A stretch of DNA of 64,000 nt from an uncultured Rhodothermales bacterium (GTDB taxonomy: Bacteria; Bacteroidota; Rhodothermia; Rhodothermales; VXPQ01), in assembly GCA_965651265.1 (NCBI GenBank), contig CBFGRV010000010.1, positions 14,923 through 78,922 of the forward strand, read 5' to 3'. The notes beneath the pieces were generated by a model, which had not been told where the DNA came from, did not search any database, and worked only from the letters and a program-made list of their open reading frames with translations. Position numbers and translations under genes: made by a program. Positions 28,076 through 36,674 of the stretch are shown piece by piece (the first letter of the stretch is position 1; each line of letters begins with the position of its first letter).

Positions 28076-30376
28076 ATGCCTACCAAGAAAGACAAGAGCC
28101 GCCAGGACGAAGGAAACGGCCAGGAAGCGCTTTCGCTGCGTGATGCCAACGGATCGACCCCCGATTCCAGCGAGATCACAGAGACGGAGCCGGTCGGCGA
28201 TCTCGCAGGCGCCGCAGACGGGGCGATTGCGTCCATCATGGACGATTCTGCAGGCCGTGACGGGCGCGAAGAGGTAGGTACATCCGAGATCGACAGCGGC
28301 AAGGACGTCTCAAACGGGTACCCGCGACAGGAAGTCGATTACATCGGGGATTTTGACATCCAGCCGCTCACGCCGGCCGATTTCGACCGGCACACCCTGG
28401 AGCGGGCCTTCCGCACGATGCTACTCTCGCGCCGCCTGGACGAGAAGATGCTCACGCTCCTGAAGCAGGGCAAGGGCTTCTTCCACATCGGCTGCGCGGG
28501 CCATGAGGCGGCCCAGGCGGCCGTCGGTCTCTACGCGAGGCCCGGACACGACTGGTTCTGCATGTATTACCGCGACCTGTGCATGTCGCTCTCGCTCGGG
28601 ATGACGTCGCGCGAGACCATGCTGGCCCACATGGCCAAGGCGGACGACCCAAACTCGGGCGGCCGGCAGATGTCCGAACATTACGGGATTCGGCGCCTCA
28701 ACATCATGACGACCTCATCCTCGGTGGGGTCTCAATTCCTGCCCGCCCTTGGTTTCGGCATGGCCGTGAAGCGGCGCGGAGAGGATGCCTTCGTGTACGC
28801 CTCCGGCGGCGAGGGTGCCACGTCCCAGGGCGACTTCCACGAGGCGATGAACTGGGCGACGCGCATCAAGGCACCTGTTCTCTTCTTCATCCAGGATAAC
28901 AAGTACGCCATATCGGTCCCCGTCGAAGAGCAGACCGCGGGCGGAACGCCGTACAAGCTGGCCGCCGGCTACGAGGGCCTAAAACGCGCCCGCGTCGACG
29001 GCACGGATTTCTTTAAGGTGGCCGCGGTGGCCCGGGCCGCCATCGACCACATCCGCAGCGGAGAGGGGCCTGTGTGTCTCGTCGCCGACGTCGTTCGCCT
29101 GCTCCCGCATTCCTCATCCGATAATCACGCGAAATATCGCTCGCCGGAAGACCTCGAAAAGGACCGCCAGATCGATCCCATTGCGCGGATGGAGATGGCC
29201 CTCATCGAGTCGGGCATGTTCTCGCAGGAAGACATAGCTAACCTTCGCAAGGATGTCGCGAAGGAGGTCGACGAGGCGGCCAAATGGGCGGCGAAGCAGG
29301 CCGATCCGGATCCGTCGACTGCGACGACTCACGTCTATTTCGAAGGCGAGCTCGACATCGAATTCGAATCGTCCGAGCCCTCCGGCGAGCCGCAGGTGAT
29401 GGTCGATGCTATCAACCAGGCGCTCAAGGAGGAGATGCAGCGCGACGAACGCATCCTGGTCTACGGCGAGGACGTGGCCGGGAAGAAGGGCGGCGTCTTC
29501 ACGGCGACACGAGACCTTACCGATATGTTCGGCGCGGATCGCTGCTTCAATTCGCCGCTCGCGGAGGCTTCGATCGTCGGAACGGCGGTAGGGCTCGCCG
29601 CGGCAGGCTACAAGCCGGTCGTCGAGATCCAGTTCGCCGACTACATCTGGCCGGCGATGCAGCAGATCCGCAACCAGGTGGCGCCCTTCCGCTACCGATC
29701 CAACAATGCGTGGAGCTGCCCGATGGTGATTCGCGTGCCCTGCGGCGGCTACATCCACGGGGGGCTCTGCCACTCGCAGAACATCGAATCGATCTTCGGC
29801 CATTTCCCTGGCCTCATGGTCGCCATGCCGTCCACGGCCTCGGATGCGAAGGGGCTCCTCAAGACGGCCATCCGCGGAGAGGATCCGGTGCTGTTCCTCG
29901 AGCACAAAGCGTTGTACCGCATGGCCGCGGCGCGCACGCCGGCCGCCGGCGCTGATTATTATCTCCCATTCGGCGAGGCGCGGATCGTACGGGAAGGGTC
30001 GGATCTCACGATCGTCGCCTGGGGAATGCTCGTCCACAAAGCGCTCACCGTTGCCAGGCGCCTCGAGCGCGATCAGGATGTCTCCGTCGAGGTGATCGAC
30101 ATCCGCACAATGGTGCCGCTCGACACGGAAACGATTCTGGCATCCGTCAAGAAGACGAACCGCGTCCTCGTTGCGTACGAGGATCATGAGTTCACGGGAT
30201 TCGGGGCGGAGATCGCCTCACAGATCGCCGACTCCGCGTTTGAGCATCTGGATGCTCCCGTGAAGCGAATCGCGGGCGCGTTTACGTACATCCCTTTTGC
30301 CGATCCCCTCGAGAAGGCCGTTCTTCCTCAGGATGACGACGTCTACCGGGCCGCGATGGAGGTGCTGGAGTACTAG
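28076..30376 (+). CDS. 2-oxoacid (branched-chain/pyruvate-type) dehydrogenase E1 component, fused alpha+beta subunits
   Basis: Alpha part (GFFHIGCAGHEA; GEGATSQGDFHEAMN TPP motif region) followed by a beta part (FNSPLAEASIVG, VIRVP.GG). ATG at 28076 is preferred over the TTG at 28052. The first ~100 aa are low-complexity and acidic. Confidence 0.85.
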   Translation: MPTKKDKSRQDEGNGQEALSLRDANGSTPDSSEITETEPVGDLAGAADGAIASIMDDSAGRDGREEVGTSEIDSGKDVSNGYPRQEVDYIGDFDIQPLTPADFDRHTLERAFRTMLLSRRLDEKMLTLLKQGKGFFHIGCAGHEAAQAAVGLYARPGHDWFCMYYRDLCMSLSLGMTSRETMLAHMAKADDPNSGGRQMSEHYGIRRLNIMTTSSSVGSQFLPALGFGMAVKRRGEDAFVYASGGEGATSQGDFHEAMNWATRIKAPVLFFIQDNKYAISVPVEEQTAGGTPYKLAAGYEGLKRARVDGTDFFKVAAVARAAIDHIRSGEGPVCLVADVVRLLPHSSSDNHAKYRSPEDLEKDRQIDPIARMEMALIESGMFSQEDIANLRKDVAKEVDEAAKWAAKQADPDPSTATTHVYFEGELDIEFESSEPSGEPQVMVDAINQALKEEMQRDERILVYGEDVAGKKGGVFTATRDLTDMFGADRCFNSPLAEASIVGTAVGLAAAGYKPVVEIQFADYIWPAMQQIRNQVAPFRYRSNNAWSCPMVIRVPCGGYIHGGLCHSQNIESIFGHFPGLMVAMPSTASDAKGLLKTAIRGEDPVLFLEHKALYRMAAARTPAAGADYYLPFGEARIVREGSDLTIVAWGMLVHKALTVARRLERDQDVSVEVIDIRTMVPLDTETILASVKKTNRVLVAYEDHEFTGFGAEIASQIADSAFEHLDAPVKRIAGAFTYIPFADPLEKAVLPQDDDVYRAAMEVLEY

Positions 30377-30494
30377 GATTCGTGGCATCGATTGAGGTGC
30401 GGTGCAGGAGAACTAGGATTCGTGGCATCGATTGAGGTGCGGTGCAGGAGAACTAGGATTCGTCATCGATTGAGGTGCGGTGCTGGAGAACTAG
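30377..30494. repeat. Tandem repeat, 3 units of 40/40/38 bp, starting immediately after the E1 stop codon
   Basis: Units 30377-30416, 30417-30456 and 30457-30494 (GATTCGTGGCATCGATTGAGGTGCGGTGCAGGAGAACTAG). The unit's 3' end copies the last ~16 nt of the CDS including TAG. Confidence 0.95.
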
Positions 30495-30525
30495 GATCCC
30501 GGCACTGCTAACAAACTAAGATCCC

Positions 30526-30590
30526 AGCATCAGTACCCAGCAGCCGTACCCAGCATCCGTACCCAGCATCCGTACCCAGCATCAGTAAAC
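30526..30590. repeat. Tandem repeat, 5 x 13 bp (AGCATCCGTACCC)
   Basis: Units start at 30526, 30539, 30552, 30565 and 30578, with 0-3 mismatches each. Confidence 0.9.
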
Positions 30591-30597
30591 GTGCTAA

Positions 30598-30934
30598 GTA
30601 TTCGGATCCCGGATTTTTGCAAACACTTTTCCGTCTCCTCTTCCAGTTTGTTCGTTACAACACCTAAGTCCGCGGATTAATTCGGATTTTTGCCACAGGA
30701 AAGGCATCCTTTGTTTGAACGAATAAATCCGAAGTCCCGGACGATTTGATTGTAGGTCCAAAATCGTGATGTTTGTTATCACAATTAAATCCGAAGTCCC
30801 GGACAAATGGATTTACCGCTTTACAGCCGGAGATATCCGTTTGAACGATTAAATCCGAAGTCCCGGACGAATCCGATCGAGTCCGAAAAGCGGGGCTTTG
30901 TTACCACGAATAATCCGAACTCCCGGACAAATCC
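30598..30934. repeat. Periodic array of a ~36-bp AT-rich repeat (core AAATCCGAAGTCCCGGAC)
   Basis: Four direct copies begin near 30710, 30772, 30837 and 30897, with cores at 30725, 30787, 30851 and 30911 (period 60-64 bp). Two shorter inverted relatives (TTCGGAT..TTTTGC) lie at 30601-30624 and 30668-30696. Confidence 0.85.
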
Positions 30935-30963
30935 AGGTCCCCCTTTCCCCCCACACGACAATC

Positions 30964-33339
30964 CTACTCAAACCCAATCTCAAGGCCTACGGTCGGCATG
31001 AAGGGAAGCTGGTCCTGGCGCTCGAGCGTGAAGGAATCGACGTAGAACACGTTTCGCCGGTCATATACGTTGATGGCGCCCACCATGAGTGTTACGGTGG
31101 CGTGGTCGAGCCGCCAGGTGCGCTCCGCGGAGACATCCAACCGGTGATAAGTCGGCAGGATGGAGTCGAATGGACGCTCGTAGATGACGCGCCGGGAATG
31201 CTCCAGCTCAAAGGCCGTTTTGATGTCATCCACCAGTGCAAATCCATCGAAGGCGAGCGGCCTTGTGTAGGGCAGCCCCGATCCGAATTGCCAGCGCGCG
31301 CTGAGCTCAAAGCCGGCTACTGAGGCGCTGATGAGGGCACCGAGCTGGTGCCTCCGATCATGCGGAGGACGATACCGCAGGCGCTCCGTGCCGTACCAGA
31401 GTGGTATCGCCTCGCCTACGGCCGAGTAGCGAGTGTTGGACCACCCGTAGGTCACGAGCGCGTAAATCGGCTCCCTCCGGACTTCCATGCGAGCCTCCGC
31501 GCCGAAGGATCGGCCCACGGCAGGCTGGAGGCGCGTGGTCAGGCGTGGAATGGCCGTCCACTCGGCGACAAATAAGTTGTCGAGGTGCTTGTAGAAGCCT
31601 TCGATGGAAAGCTCGATGCGCTGTGTTGGTGATGCGCGGTATCCGACGATCCCGTGAATGGCTCTGCCGAGGCGCCCGCGTAGAACGTCGTCGCTCAGCT
31701 GGTCGCTCGCATCTACGCCCGCGCGCGGAACGCCCGTCCAGGCCGTGAAAATACTCGCCGCATCCCGCCGGTCGCTGACTCCGACGAGCTGTTGATTATA
31801 GCGGCCGATTGCGCCTGTAAAGTGGTGGATCCCGCGGTCCCAGCTGAGGCGAACCCGCGGCTCGAAGTAGGGATAGATCTTGACGTCGTACCACTGCACT
31901 CGCATCCCGGCCGAAAGCGCGAGCCCCGATGCGAGTCGCAGGTCGGGCTCTACATAGAATCCCATGGCGGGGACGCTCCGGCTCTGGCGCGCGAGATTCT
32001 GGAAGATTCCGCCCAGGTTGCTTTTGACGCGGATAAAGGCGGCCTCCCATCCGGCTGAGGTGGACGAGCGTCCGCCGAAGAACGATCCCTCCGAGAAGGT
32101 GGCATCCAACCGGATCCTCGTCTCGTCGATCGAGGTCGACCGCACCGTGTCGCCCGGCGTGCCCTGCTCCATCTCATGGCGCGAGCGACTCAGCGTAAGC
32201 TGCGCCGCCAGCGGAAGTGCCCGGGGGAGCATTAGCCACTGCAGGCTTCCGCCCTCGTTGGACCATCGGATCTCCTGGTTGCGCTGGTCGTCGATTTCGT
32301 GGACGAGATCACCGCGGTCCCGCGTCCGAAGCACGGAGATCGAGACGCGATCGCGGCCGCTCGGCGTCACCTGCACCTTTCCGAACAGATCATCGAAGGA
32401 GAACGGCATGTCCTGATCGTAGATGTCGCGCCCCACGCGCTCGACCAGGCCCTGGCGTCCCGATATAAGAAAGGACGCCTTACCGGGAACGATGGGCCCT
32501 TCGAGATGGAGTGCTCCCAGGAACGGCGAAATGCCGGCTTGCCCACCGAAGCTCCGATTATTACCGGCACGGGAGCGCACGTCGATCACGGAGGAGAGCC
32601 GCCCGGCGTACCGGGCGCCGAAACCCCCGGCGAAGAGATCCACGCGATCGATGATCTCTGCCGGAAAAGCCGAATAGAATCCAAGAACGTGGAAGGGCTG
32701 GTAGACGACGATTCCGTCTAGCAGCGTGAGATTCTGGGAGGGCTCGCCGCCGCGGACGAAAAACTGCCCGCCGCGATCGCCCGTCGTCACGATCCCCGGG
32801 AGAGCCGAGAGGTAGCCGGCGAGATCGGCGGACAAATCGGGCGCGGGAATGAGCGCAATCTCAGCCGGTCGGATGCGCTGATGCCCGCTCGCTATATGCG
32901 CACCACCGAAGGCCCGCTCGCCCTCGACGACCACCTCCCCCAGCGCCTCCGCATCCGGTTCGAGCGCGATGGTGAGCGTACGGGCCTCGTCCGCGACGAA
33001 CGTGAGCGTGTCGCGGTGCGAGTAGTACCCCACAAACGATATCTGAATCAGGTACCGCCCCGGCTCGATGCCGCGCAGCTGATAGATACCCCCGGCATCG
33101 GTAGCCGTGCCATACTCCGGTGCGCCCTCGTAGGAGGCCTGGTATAGCGCGACGGTCGCTCCCTCGAGCGGCTTGCCGTCCTCGACATCCGTCACGAAAC
33201 CACTGATCCGCGCCGTCTGGGCCTGGACGCCCGAAACTGTCGCGCCCGACAGAAGCCATGCAGCCACGAGGATATGGCACCTGCGGCGGAGGCGTCTCCG
33301 AAATGGGGGATCTGATATGGCCCTTAAATCGAGACGCAT
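30964..33339 (-). CDS. TonB-dependent outer-membrane receptor with N-terminal CarboxypepD_reg-like domain
   Basis: Signal peptide. ISGFVTDVEDGKPLEGATVAL (carboxypeptidase-regulatory-like fold motif), a plug region (DRVDLFAGGFGARYAG), and a long beta-barrel with alternating pattern. Confidence 0.85.
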   Translation of the reverse strand: MRLDLRAISDPPFRRRLRRRCHILVAAWLLSGATVSGVQAQTARISGFVTDVEDGKPLEGATVALYQASYEGAPEYGTATDAGGIYQLRGIEPGRYLIQISFVGYYSHRDTLTFVADEARTLTIALEPDAEALGEVVVEGERAFGGAHIASGHQRIRPAEIALIPAPDLSADLAGYLSALPGIVTTGDRGGQFFVRGGEPSQNLTLLDGIVVYQPFHVLGFYSAFPAEIIDRVDLFAGGFGARYAGRLSSVIDVRSRAGNNRSFGGQAGISPFLGALHLEGPIVPGKASFLISGRQGLVERVGRDIYDQDMPFSFDDLFGKVQVTPSGRDRVSISVLRTRDRGDLVHEIDDQRNQEIRWSNEGGSLQWLMLPRALPLAAQLTLSRSRHEMEQGTPGDTVRSTSIDETRIRLDATFSEGSFFGGRSSTSAGWEAAFIRVKSNLGGIFQNLARQSRSVPAMGFYVEPDLRLASGLALSAGMRVQWYDVKIYPYFEPRVRLSWDRGIHHFTGAIGRYNQQLVGVSDRRDAASIFTAWTGVPRAGVDASDQLSDDVLRGRLGRAIHGIVGYRASPTQRIELSIEGFYKHLDNLFVAEWTAIPRLTTRLQPAVGRSFGAEARMEVRREPIYALVTYGWSNTRYSAVGEAIPLWYGTERLRYRPPHDRRHQLGALISASVAGFELSARWQFGSGLPYTRPLAFDGFALVDDIKTAFELEHSRRVIYERPFDSILPTYHRLDVSAERTWRLDHATVTLMVGAINVYDRRNVFYVDSFTLERQDQLPFMPTVGLEIGFE

Positions 33340-33348
33340 CGAATATCT

Positions 33349-33413
33349 TCACGCCGGTATCTTGCCGTCAGTCTCACGCCGGTATCTTGCCGTCGATCTC
33401 ACGCCGATTCATC
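33349..33413. repeat. Tandem repeat, 2.6 x 25 bp, spanning a stop codon
   Basis: Units 33349-33373 and 33374-33398, plus a partial unit 33399-33413 (TCACGCCGGTATCTTGCCGTCNNTC). The partial unit is the 3' end and stop of the upstream lipoprotein gene. The repeats make up nearly the whole gap to the receptor's start codon. Confidence 0.9.
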
Positions 33414-34289
33414 ATTGTCAGACGTAAAGCATGCCCTCTCGAGAGCCTGTCTCGACAGCTCGATGCGCGCCGCGTGACGGTACCCGGCGCCGACGAAGCC
33501 AAAGCCGTTCTGAACATTGGACATGACGTTTGGCTCAGACAGGATGTGTCCGTCGAAAATTCCGTTGGGAGGATTCCAGTCGGTATCGCCCACAATGAAA
33601 TGTAGATCTATGCCATCCAGACCGACGTAAGGAGGGCAATATGGTAGAGGCGCGATGGTAATCCCGCCGCAGTCGAATAAAATGTCGAAGCGGTCCGATG
33701 AGAGGTTGATGTCCAGCTGCCAACCATCACCACTCGCATACTCGTCTCCTTCGTAGGAGAAGCGGTCGACCAGGACCCGGCATTCCGGATTTACATTGGC
33801 GATCCGGTAAATCACCTCGGATTTCAGCGGGCGGATTTCCTTTCCGTCGATGCGAATCACCGTGGCGCCCGGATTACTCTCGTCCACGACGGTCACGTTC
33901 ACCGCCTCCGGCACGCGGACGTCCACGACGCTCGCCTCGCCATCGGATCGCCGTACCGCCTCAATTCGATACTCGTGCCCGTACTCTGCCCTGAACTCCG
34001 CCCAGAATACGTGTGCGTATTGGCCGCTCGACTCCTCGATCACCGAATCCCGCCACGCCACGTGCTCTCCCGTCTGGAGATCCGTTGAGAATACGTCGGC
34101 GTCCAGCGGCTCGGTGGATCCGAGCGTTGGAAAGCTCTCGACAGAGTAAACACGGATCGACTGAATCTCGAGCTGTGGACTCATGACGCCGTACATCGAG
34201 AACGGACTGTCGGACGTGTCCCGCCGAGCCAGATCTTCCCGGCATCCTAAAAACACCAACGCGGAGAGAAGGAGAACCCTAACCAGCAC
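33399..34289 (-). CDS. Lipoprotein, paralog A of a tandem pair (possibly DUF4249-like)
   Basis: Lipobox LVFLGC. By eye clearly homologous along its length to the 34379-35299 product, for example PF(S/T)(M/I)YGV, EPLDA(D/N)V(F/Y)S, WRDSV and SNV(Q/E)NG(F/Y)GFVGAGYR. The C-terminal G.G.(F/V)G motif recalls the DUF4249 protein at 47649-48545. Confidence 0.65.
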   Translation of the reverse strand: MLVRVLLLSALVFLGCREDLARRDTSDSPFSMYGVMSPQLEIQSIRVYSVESFPTLGSTEPLDADVFSTDLQTGEHVAWRDSVIEESSGQYAHVFWAEFRAEYGHEYRIEAVRRSDGEASVVDVRVPEAVNVTVVDESNPGATVIRIDGKEIRPLKSEVIYRIANVNPECRVLVDRFSYEGDEYASGDGWQLDINLSSDRFDILFDCGGITIAPLPYCPPYVGLDGIDLHFIVGDTDWNPPNGIFDGHILSEPNVMSNVQNGFGFVGAGYRHAARIELSRQALERACFTSDNDESA

Positions 34290-34378
34290 AATTCTGCTCT
34301 GAGACGAACTCTTCCCATGACACTATAGGCCCGGTCAAGTGTAAAGGAAAGCTGGGGCCGATTCTGCGTCAACGAGAG

Positions 34379-35299
34379 TTATTCGCGTCGGCAGTCCACG
34401 CCATCGAGCATGCACGAACCGGCGACCAGCTCTTCAGACGGACACAGCAGCTCATCGATCCGGTATCCGGCCCCCACGAATCCATATCCATTCTCAACGT
34501 TGCTCATCGCAACCGGATTGGAGATCAAGTCGGGATCGAAAATGCCGTCGGGCGGCTCCCAGACAGGGTCTCCAATGATCGCCCGCAAGCGGAGTGATTC
34601 GAGGATAACGAAGTCTTCGCGACAGATCCCGCCAAGCGTCATCTCCTGGCCATTGTACAGGAAGTTGATTTGAGTGGCGTCCCTGACCATGTTTATCGTG
34701 ATGTGCCACCCATCCGCTTCCTGAACCTCGCTTCCGGCGTAGGAAATCGTGTATTCTCGGCGGTTGCGTTCCAGTTTGTAAACTCGGTACTTGATCTCGG
34801 GCGTAAGCAGGCGAGTATCTGCCCCTTCGACACCAATTCGTACCCGACCGGCATTCGACTCATCCAGAAGAGATATGCTGACCGGCTCCGGCACCTGCAC
34901 CTCTACGCTGCTCGCGGCCCCGTCCGATCTTTCCACGACGAGACGATATCTCTCTCCGTGATCTGCGCGGAAGGGCGCCCAGTACGCGTGCGTGAAGCTC
35001 GAATCCGTATGCGCCAACACCGAATCGCGCCACATCGTCCGCTCGCCCGTCGATAGGTTGATGGAATACACGTTCGCATCGAGCGGCTCCGGCGAGCCCT
35101 GCGACGGGAAGTCTTCGATCGGGTAAACCAGAACGGACTGCGTATCGTGATCGGGCGTGAAAACGCCGTAGATCGTGAACGGGCGATCTGCGCCTTCCCT
35201 GGATCCCAGCCCCTCATCGCATCCCATCAGGATGGGCGCCGCGGCGAGGATCACAACGGCCAAAGTCGATGCCGCTATTGAGAGTACATCATCCAGCAT
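34379..35299 (-). CDS. Lipoprotein, paralog B of a tandem pair (possibly DUF4249-like)
   Basis: Lipobox PILMGC. See paralog A for the shared motifs. Confidence 0.65.
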   Translation of the reverse strand: MLDDVLSIAASTLAVVILAAAPILMGCDEGLGSREGADRPFTIYGVFTPDHDTQSVLVYPIEDFPSQGSPEPLDANVYSINLSTGERTMWRDSVLAHTDSSFTHAYWAPFRADHGERYRLVVERSDGAASSVEVQVPEPVSISLLDESNAGRVRIGVEGADTRLLTPEIKYRVYKLERNRREYTISYAGSEVQEADGWHITINMVRDATQINFLYNGQEMTLGGICREDFVILESLRLRAIIGDPVWEPPDGIFDPDLISNPVAMSNVENGYGFVGAGYRIDELLCPSEELVAGSCMLDGVDCRRE

Positions 35300-35362
35300 T
35301 CATCGGATAAACCTGCTCCCAAGGTTTTCCTGCGTGCGTGTGGCCTCTCACCCAATTACAAT

Positions 35363-35399
35363 TCGTTCGAACAATTAAATCCGAACTTACGGACAAATG
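35363..35399. repeat. Solitary copy of the 30598-30934 repeat element
   Basis: TTCGTTCGAACAATTAAATCCGAACTTACGGACAAATG, in the same orientation as the array copies. The 18-nt core differs at 3 positions. Confidence 0.8.
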
Positions 35400-35414
35400 C
35401 CGGGCCGCTCTAAT

Positions 35415-36578
35415 CTATACGCTCGCCAGCGCCTGATCCAGATCGTCGATCAAGTCTACCACGTCTTCCACCCCCACCGACAGCCGGATCAGCGAGTCCT
35501 CCAGTCCGACTCTGATGCGATCCTCGCGCGGCACGGAGGCGTGGGTCATGGAGGCGGGATGCTCGATGAGGCTCTCGACGCCGCCCAGGCTCTCGGCCAG
35601 CGAGAAGATTTCGGTGCTCGAGAGCACGTGCATCGCCTTGTCAATGTCGTCATCGGCGAGCGAGAAGGACATCATCCCCCCGAAATCGCGCATCTGGCGT
35701 GAGGCCAGCTCGTGGCCGGGGTCGTCGGGGAGGCCCGGATAGTGCACGCGTCCCACTTTCGGATGCTCATCCAGAAAGGCCGCCACGTGCCGCGCATTTT
35801 CGCAGTGCCGCTCCATCCGGAGGTGCAGCGTCTTCGTGCTACGAAGCAGGAGAAAGCAATCCATCGGCGCGGGCGCCGCTCCGGTGGCCTTCACCTGAAA
35901 CCGCAGCTTCTCCGCCCACTCATCATCATTCGTCAGCACGGCGCCACCGATCACATCGGAATGCCCGCCCAGGTACTTCGTCGACGAATGCACGGACAGG
36001 TCGGCGCCCAGCGCCAGCGGCTGCTGCAGGTAGGGCGATGCAAAGGTGTTGTCGACGGCCACGACCGCCCCCTTCGCATGAGCGATCTCCGACAGCGCGG
36101 CGATATCCACCACCCGCATCAGCGGATTGGTCGGCGTCTCCAGCCACATCAGCGCGGTGTCGTCGGTTACGGCCCGCTCGGCCGCCTCCAGATCCGTCAA
36201 GTCCGCGAACGAGAACCGAATCCCGAACGGCTCGAAGACCTGCCGGAATAGGCGCACCGTGCCGCCGTAGAGATCGTCCATCGCGAGCACGTGCTGGCCG
36301 GGCCGAAGCGACTTGATGATGGCATCCGTCGCAGCCACGCCGGAGGCAAAACAGATCCCGTGAGCAGCATCCTCGAGTGCCGCCAGGTTTGCCTCGAGGG
36401 CCGTGCGCGTGGGATTGGAGACTCGCGAGTACTCGTAGCCCTTGTGGACGGTCGGCGCCTCCTGTACGTAGGTGGAGGTCTGATAGATCGGCGTCATGAT
36501 GGCGCCGGTCGTGGGGTCAGGCCGCTGCCCGGCATGGATGGCCCGTGTCCCAAACCCCTGCTTCGTCTTGATCTGCAT
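35415..36578 (-). CDS. Cys/Met-metabolism PLP-dependent enzyme (cystathionine gamma-synthase/beta-lyase/gamma-lyase family)
   Basis: TRAIHAGQ, YSRVSNPT and the PLP-lysine region SSTKYLGGHSD. Start trimmed to MQIKTKQGF at 36578. Confidence 0.85.
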   Translation of the reverse strand: MQIKTKQGFGTRAIHAGQRPDPTTGAIMTPIYQTSTYVQEAPTVHKGYEYSRVSNPTRTALEANLAALEDAAHGICFASGVAATDAIIKSLRPGQHVLAMDDLYGGTVRLFRQVFEPFGIRFSFADLTDLEAAERAVTDDTALMWLETPTNPLMRVVDIAALSEIAHAKGAVVAVDNTFASPYLQQPLALGADLSVHSSTKYLGGHSDVIGGAVLTNDDEWAEKLRFQVKATGAAPAPMDCFLLLRSTKTLHLRMERHCENARHVAAFLDEHPKVGRVHYPGLPDDPGHELASRQMRDFGGMMSFSLADDDIDKAMHVLSSTEIFSLAESLGGVESLIEHPASMTHASVPREDRIRVGLEDSLIRLSVGVEDVVDLIDDLDQALASV

Positions 36579-36674
36579 ATCCCCTCGCTGGTGTATGACA
36601 AAGCCCGGACCCACGCGTGGCGGGCCCGGGCTGCTAATCGACGATGGAAATCTGATCCGGCTGCTCGGCCGCGA

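Noticed and set aside
30598-30934. Interpreting the periodic repeat array as a CRISPR locus.
   Set aside because: The repeat units differ from each other at many positions. Spacers are only ~21-26 bp. Only 4 direct units are present, and no cas genes or leader-like organisation are seen in 64 kb. It is kept as an unexplained repeat rather than a CRISPR call.
30594-31323. Track ORFs 30594-30806 (-), 30807-31001 (+) and 30898-31323 (+).
   Set aside because: They are built from the repeat array or run antisense into the TonB receptor 3' end. The amino-acid sequence simply echoes the repeats (for example RYPFERLNPKSRTNP...NNPNSRTNP), and no start context or domain is present.
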